Origin: a virus
Length of the DNA stretch: 10,552 nucleotides
Virus genome (UHGV): UHGV-0117298
Direction: 5' to 3' (one strand)
The position numbers and the translations under genes are program-made. Position 1 is the first letter of the stretch. Every line of letters begins with the position of its first letter. Positions 8,032-10,552 of the stretch are shown piece after piece. Under the pieces are notes generated by a model. That model saw only the letters and a list, made by a program, of their open reading frames with translations, did not search any database and was not told where the DNA came from.

Positions 8032-8247
8032 ATGAAATCAATGGACAAAATCTCAACTGGCATTGCCTACGGCACCTCCGCAGGCAGTGCTGGCTACTGG
8101 TTTTTACAGTGGCTTGATCAGGTCAGTCCGTCACAGTGGGCTGCGATTGGTGTACTGGGGAGTCTGGTTCTGGGCTTCCTGACATATCTGACTAACCTGT
8201 ATTTCAAAATCAGAGAGGACCGGCGTAAGGCGGCGCGGGGAGAGTAA
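8032..8247 (+). CDS. S: Phage-21-type pinholin (class II holin, dual-start S21 family)
   Basis: 71-aa product [71 protein letters not shown] matches S21 as recalled. Has the dual-start motif (Met1-Lys-Ser-Met4), two hydrophobic segments and a charged C-terminus. SD ggcggagg. Confidence 0.9.
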   Translation: MKSMDKISTGIAYGTSAGSAGYWFLQWLDQVSPSQWAAIGVLGSLVLGFLTYLTNLYFKIREDRRKAARGE

Positions 8248-8251
8248 AGCG

Positions 8252-9058
8252 ATGAAGAAAAAATACGAACTGGTTGTTAAAGGGATAAATAATTACCCGG
8301 ATAAGATTACTGTTACTGTGGTACTGGAAATTGGTGGGTATCCGTCACTGTTGTTGCCAAATGTGGCGATTAGTCTTGACCGTACTGAAGGTGCCACGCT
8401 GGAGTTTTACGAAGCTGAGGCGAAAAAGCAGGCGAAGCAGTTTTTCATGGATGTTGCTGCCGGGTTATGTGAAGGGAACGAACCGTTGCCGGAAAAGCGC
8501 CCCATAATTTTAGAGGCGCAGGATGTGTTGATAACCTACAAAGGAAAGCTACCGGGAAGAATTACTGGTTCTCTGAAGATGCCGCCGTCAACACTGCGGT
8601 CAGAAAAAGAGGCGTCTTGTCTGCAGTCTGAGTACTCCATTACGGTTAAAAGTGCCGGAGAGGAAGGAAATAAACGTTATTTTATTGCGTCTGCACCTGA
8701 TAAAGATCAGGAATGGGAGTGTAACCGGCCATCCTTTGTTGTATACGGAGATGGCGGGAAAATAACCATCTCAGAAAATGGGAAATTAACACCGCCATCG
8801 CACCAGCATAGTGAGGCGCTCATTGAATTTGCCATTGATTACCTGAAGAACAATAAACAGCAGGGGCTGATGAAGCGCATTGGTCGTTGCATGGGATATC
8901 TGCAGGTAGCAGCTGAGATTGAAATGATGGCCAGTGGTGCTGACAATGATGCAGTTGTGCTGGAGGCTCTTCTGCGTGATTTTGATAATACGCCCTTTAA
9001 GAAAGCACCTGTTGACTGGATGCAGCCGGGGATGACTTATCTGAAAGGGCGTATATAA
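8252..9058 (+). CDS. Hypothetical protein inserted between holin and endolysin; function unknown
   Basis: 268-aa ORF starting 4 nt after the holin stop. The holin's last codons (ggggagag) can act as its SD, so it is probably co-transcribed with the late genes. No signal peptide or TM segment and no motif I recognise. More AT-rich than the flanking lysis genes. Confidence 0.65.
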   Translation: MKKKYELVVKGINNYPDKITVTVVLEIGGYPSLLLPNVAISLDRTEGATLEFYEAEAKKQAKQFFMDVAAGLCEGNEPLPEKRPIILEAQDVLITYKGKLPGRITGSLKMPPSTLRSEKEASCLQSEYSITVKSAGEEGNKRYFIASAPDKDQEWECNRPSFVVYGDGGKITISENGKLTPPSHQHSEALIEFAIDYLKNNKQQGLMKRIGRCMGYLQVAAEIEMMASGADNDAVVLEALLRDFDNTPFKKAPVDWMQPGMTYLKGRI

Positions 9059-9067
9059 GGTGGCTCG

Positions 9068-9382
9068 TTATCTGTTGCTGGATAATCGACTGAAGATGCG
9101 TTCTTTTTGTGTTTTTGCGTAATGATTGTCCCACTCACAATCAAGGTAGCTTAATTCTTCATTCAACCAGTTATTTATATTGGTCTTAATACGCATAAGC
9201 ATGGGCTGTGTTAATGCTCTGGCGATAATGCCGAGAGTCACAGGTGTGAGATGTCCATACGGCTCAGCCTGAATGGATTTTACTGCATCGTGTTCTTGTG
9301 GGAGGAGTAAGAGGCACTCTGATTTTACCCGCTCATTTATGGCTTGCAGGCATAAATCATAATTATGTTGATCGTTATGCAT
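9068..9382 (-). CDS. Hypothetical small protein, convergent with the upstream insert gene; function unknown
   Basis: 104-aa ORF on the opposite strand to the lysis cassette, with a good SD (agagga, 6 nt before the ATG at 9382 on the minus strand). AT-rich. Separated by 9 bp from the stop of the 268-aa gene. No motif I recognise. Confidence 0.6.
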   Translation of the reverse strand: MHNDQHNYDLCLQAINERVKSECLLLLPQEHDAVKSIQAEPYGHLTPVTLGIIARALTQPMLMRIKTNINNWLNEELSYLDCEWDNHYAKTQKERIFSRLSSNR

Positions 9383-9510
9383 GGTTAATCCTCTACTGAA
9401 ATTGTCAGATATATTTCAGCCATCAGGAAAAACGCCAGTGTCCTACCGCTGGCGGGCTGAAGATTTAACATATCCAGGGATTCGGAACCGATAAATCCTG
9501 ATAAATATCC

Positions 9511-10044
9511 ATGAACACCAAAATCAAATATGGCCTGTCGGCTGCCGTTCTGGCGTTGATTGCCATCGGTGCGCCTGCGCCTGATATTCTCGACCAGTTT
9601 CTGGATGAAAAAGAAGGTAACCACACAACGGCATACCGTGATGGTGCGGGTATCTGGACCATCTGCCGCGGTGCCACAATGGTGGATGGTAAACCTGTTA
9701 TTCCGGGCATGAAACTGTCGAAGGAAAAATGCGACCAGGTTAACGCCATTGAACGGGATAAGGCGCTGGCATGGGTGGAGCGCAATATTAAAGTGCCACT
9801 GACCGAACCACAGAAAGCGGGTATAGCGTCATTTTGTCCCTATAACATTGGCCCCGGTAAGTGTTTCCCGTCGACGTTTTATAAGCGGCTGAATGCCGGT
9901 GATCGTAAAGGTGCATGCGAGGCGATTCGCTGGTGGATAAAAGATGGTGGGCGCGATTGCCGCATACGTTCAAATAACTGCTATGGACAGGTTATTCGTC
10001 GTGACCAGGAAAGCGCATTAGCCTGTTGGGGGATAGATCAGTGA
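9511..10044 (+). CDS. SAR endolysin (signal-arrest-release lysozyme, T4-lysozyme/GH24-like)
   Basis: 177 aa. N-terminal weakly hydrophobic Gly/Ala-rich SAR segment ([17 protein letters not shown]), then a catalytic-triad pattern E-x8-D-x5-T ([20 protein letters not shown]), as in R21 and P1 Lyz. Stop overlaps the Rz start. Confidence 0.9.
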   Translation: MNTKIKYGLSAAVLALIAIGAPAPDILDQFLDEKEGNHTTAYRDGAGIWTICRGATMVDGKPVIPGMKLSKEKCDQVNAIERDKALAWVERNIKVPLTEPQKAGIASFCPYNIGPGKCFPSTFYKRLNAGDRKGACEAIRWWIKDGGRDCRIRSNNCYGQVIRRDQESALACWGIDQ

Positions 10045-10502
10045 GCAGAGTCGCCGCGATTATTTATGCTCTGGTTATCTGCATCATCGTCTGCCTGTCA
10101 TGGGCTGTTAATCATTACCGTGATAACGCAATCGCCTACAAAGCCCTGCGCGACAAAAATGCCAGAGAACTGAAGCTGGCGAACGCGGCAATTACTGACA
10201 TGCAGATGCGTCAGCGTGATGTTGCTGCGCTCGATGCAAAATACACGAAGGAGTTAGCTGATGCGAAAGCTGAAAATGATGCTCTGCGTGATGATGTTGC
10301 CGCTGGTCGTCGTCGGTTGCACATCAAAGCAGTCTGTCAGTCAGTGCGTGAAGCCACCACCGCCTCCGGCGTGGATAATGCAGCCTCCCCCCGACTGGCA
10401 GACACCGCTGAACGGGATTATTTCACCCTCAGAGAGAGGCTGATCACTATGCAAAAACAACTGGAAGGAACCCAGAAGTATATTAATGAGCAGTGCAGAT
10501 AG
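10041..10502 (+). CDS. Rz: Rz i-spanin (inner-membrane spanin subunit)
   Basis: 153-aa product from the GTG at 10041 ([59 protein letters not shown]...) matches lambda Rz as recalled: N-terminal TM segment plus coiled-coil periplasmic domain. The track's TTG at 10026 is an upstream extension. Confidence 0.9.
   Translation: MSRVAAIIYALVICIIVCLSWAVNHYRDNAIAYKALRDKNARELKLANAAITDMQMRQRDVAALDAKYTKELADAKAENDALRDDVAAGRRRLHIKAVCQSVREATTASGVDNAASPRLADTAERDYFTLRERLITMQKQLEGTQKYINEQCR
10261..10443 (+). CDS. Rz1: Rz1 o-spanin (outer-membrane lipoprotein), embedded in the +1 frame of Rz
   Basis: 60-aa product [60 protein letters not shown] matches lambda Rz1. Has a lipobox (LVVVGC) and a proline-rich mature region. 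Lies entirely within Rz. Confidence 0.9.
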   Translation: MRKLKMMLCVMMLPLVVVGCTSKQSVSQCVKPPPPPAWIMQPPPDWQTPLNGIISPSERG

Positions 10503-10552
10503 AGTTGCTCATATCGATGGGCAACTCATGCAATTATTTTGAGCAATACACC

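Noticed and set aside
9433-9460. Sequence resembling a lambda operator half-site (taccgctggcgg, like OR1 tacctctggcgg) within an inverted repeat cgccag...ctggcg
   Set aside because: Only the left half matches; the right half-site is poor, so a functional CI dimer site is unlikely. Noted as a possible regulatory hairpin in the promoter region of the 104-aa gene, but not supported as an operator.
9385-9785. Two minus-strand ORFs (79 and 106 aa) overlapping the endolysin 5' region
   Set aside because: They are antisense to a confidently identified SAR endolysin and have no RBS. The intergenic part (9383-9510) is better explained as promoter/RBS space for the flanking genes.
10502-10527. Hairpin gagttgc...gcaactc immediately after Rz
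   Set aside because: No U-tract directly follows, the window ends soon after, and it cannot be called a terminator with confidence.

Overview
This window is an internal slice of a mosaic lambdoid prophage of the E. coli type, running from the immunity region to the lysis cassette. Identifications rest on my recollection of phage lambda, phage 21 and DLP12 protein sequences plus gene order and start/stop geometry; no database search was run. Gene order: unknown gene (rex position, minus) - cI (minus) - OR operators - cro - nutR-like site - cII (mosaic) - oop-like antisense RNA - O with ori iterons - P - ren - tR2-like terminator - ninB - Dam-like N6-adenine methyltransferase - ninE - ninF - Rha/KilA-C antirepressor-like - YbcO-like DUF1364 - RusA - small ORF - Q-position protein - late regulatory region with terminator - S21-type pinholin - two unknown genes - SAR endolysin - Rz/Rz1. 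The replication and nin backbone is lambda-like, while the pinholin and SAR endolysin are phage-21-like and Rz/Rz1 are lambda-like. Two loci are unexplained by the canonical map and are the best candidates for an undescribed accessory function: (1) an AT-rich two-gene insertion (268 aa plus-strand, 104 aa minus-strand, convergent) between the pinholin and the endolysin; (2) an AT-rich 185-aa gene directly downstream of cI where lambda carries rexAB. I recognise neither. No tRNA, rRNA, CRISPR array or IS element was seen.
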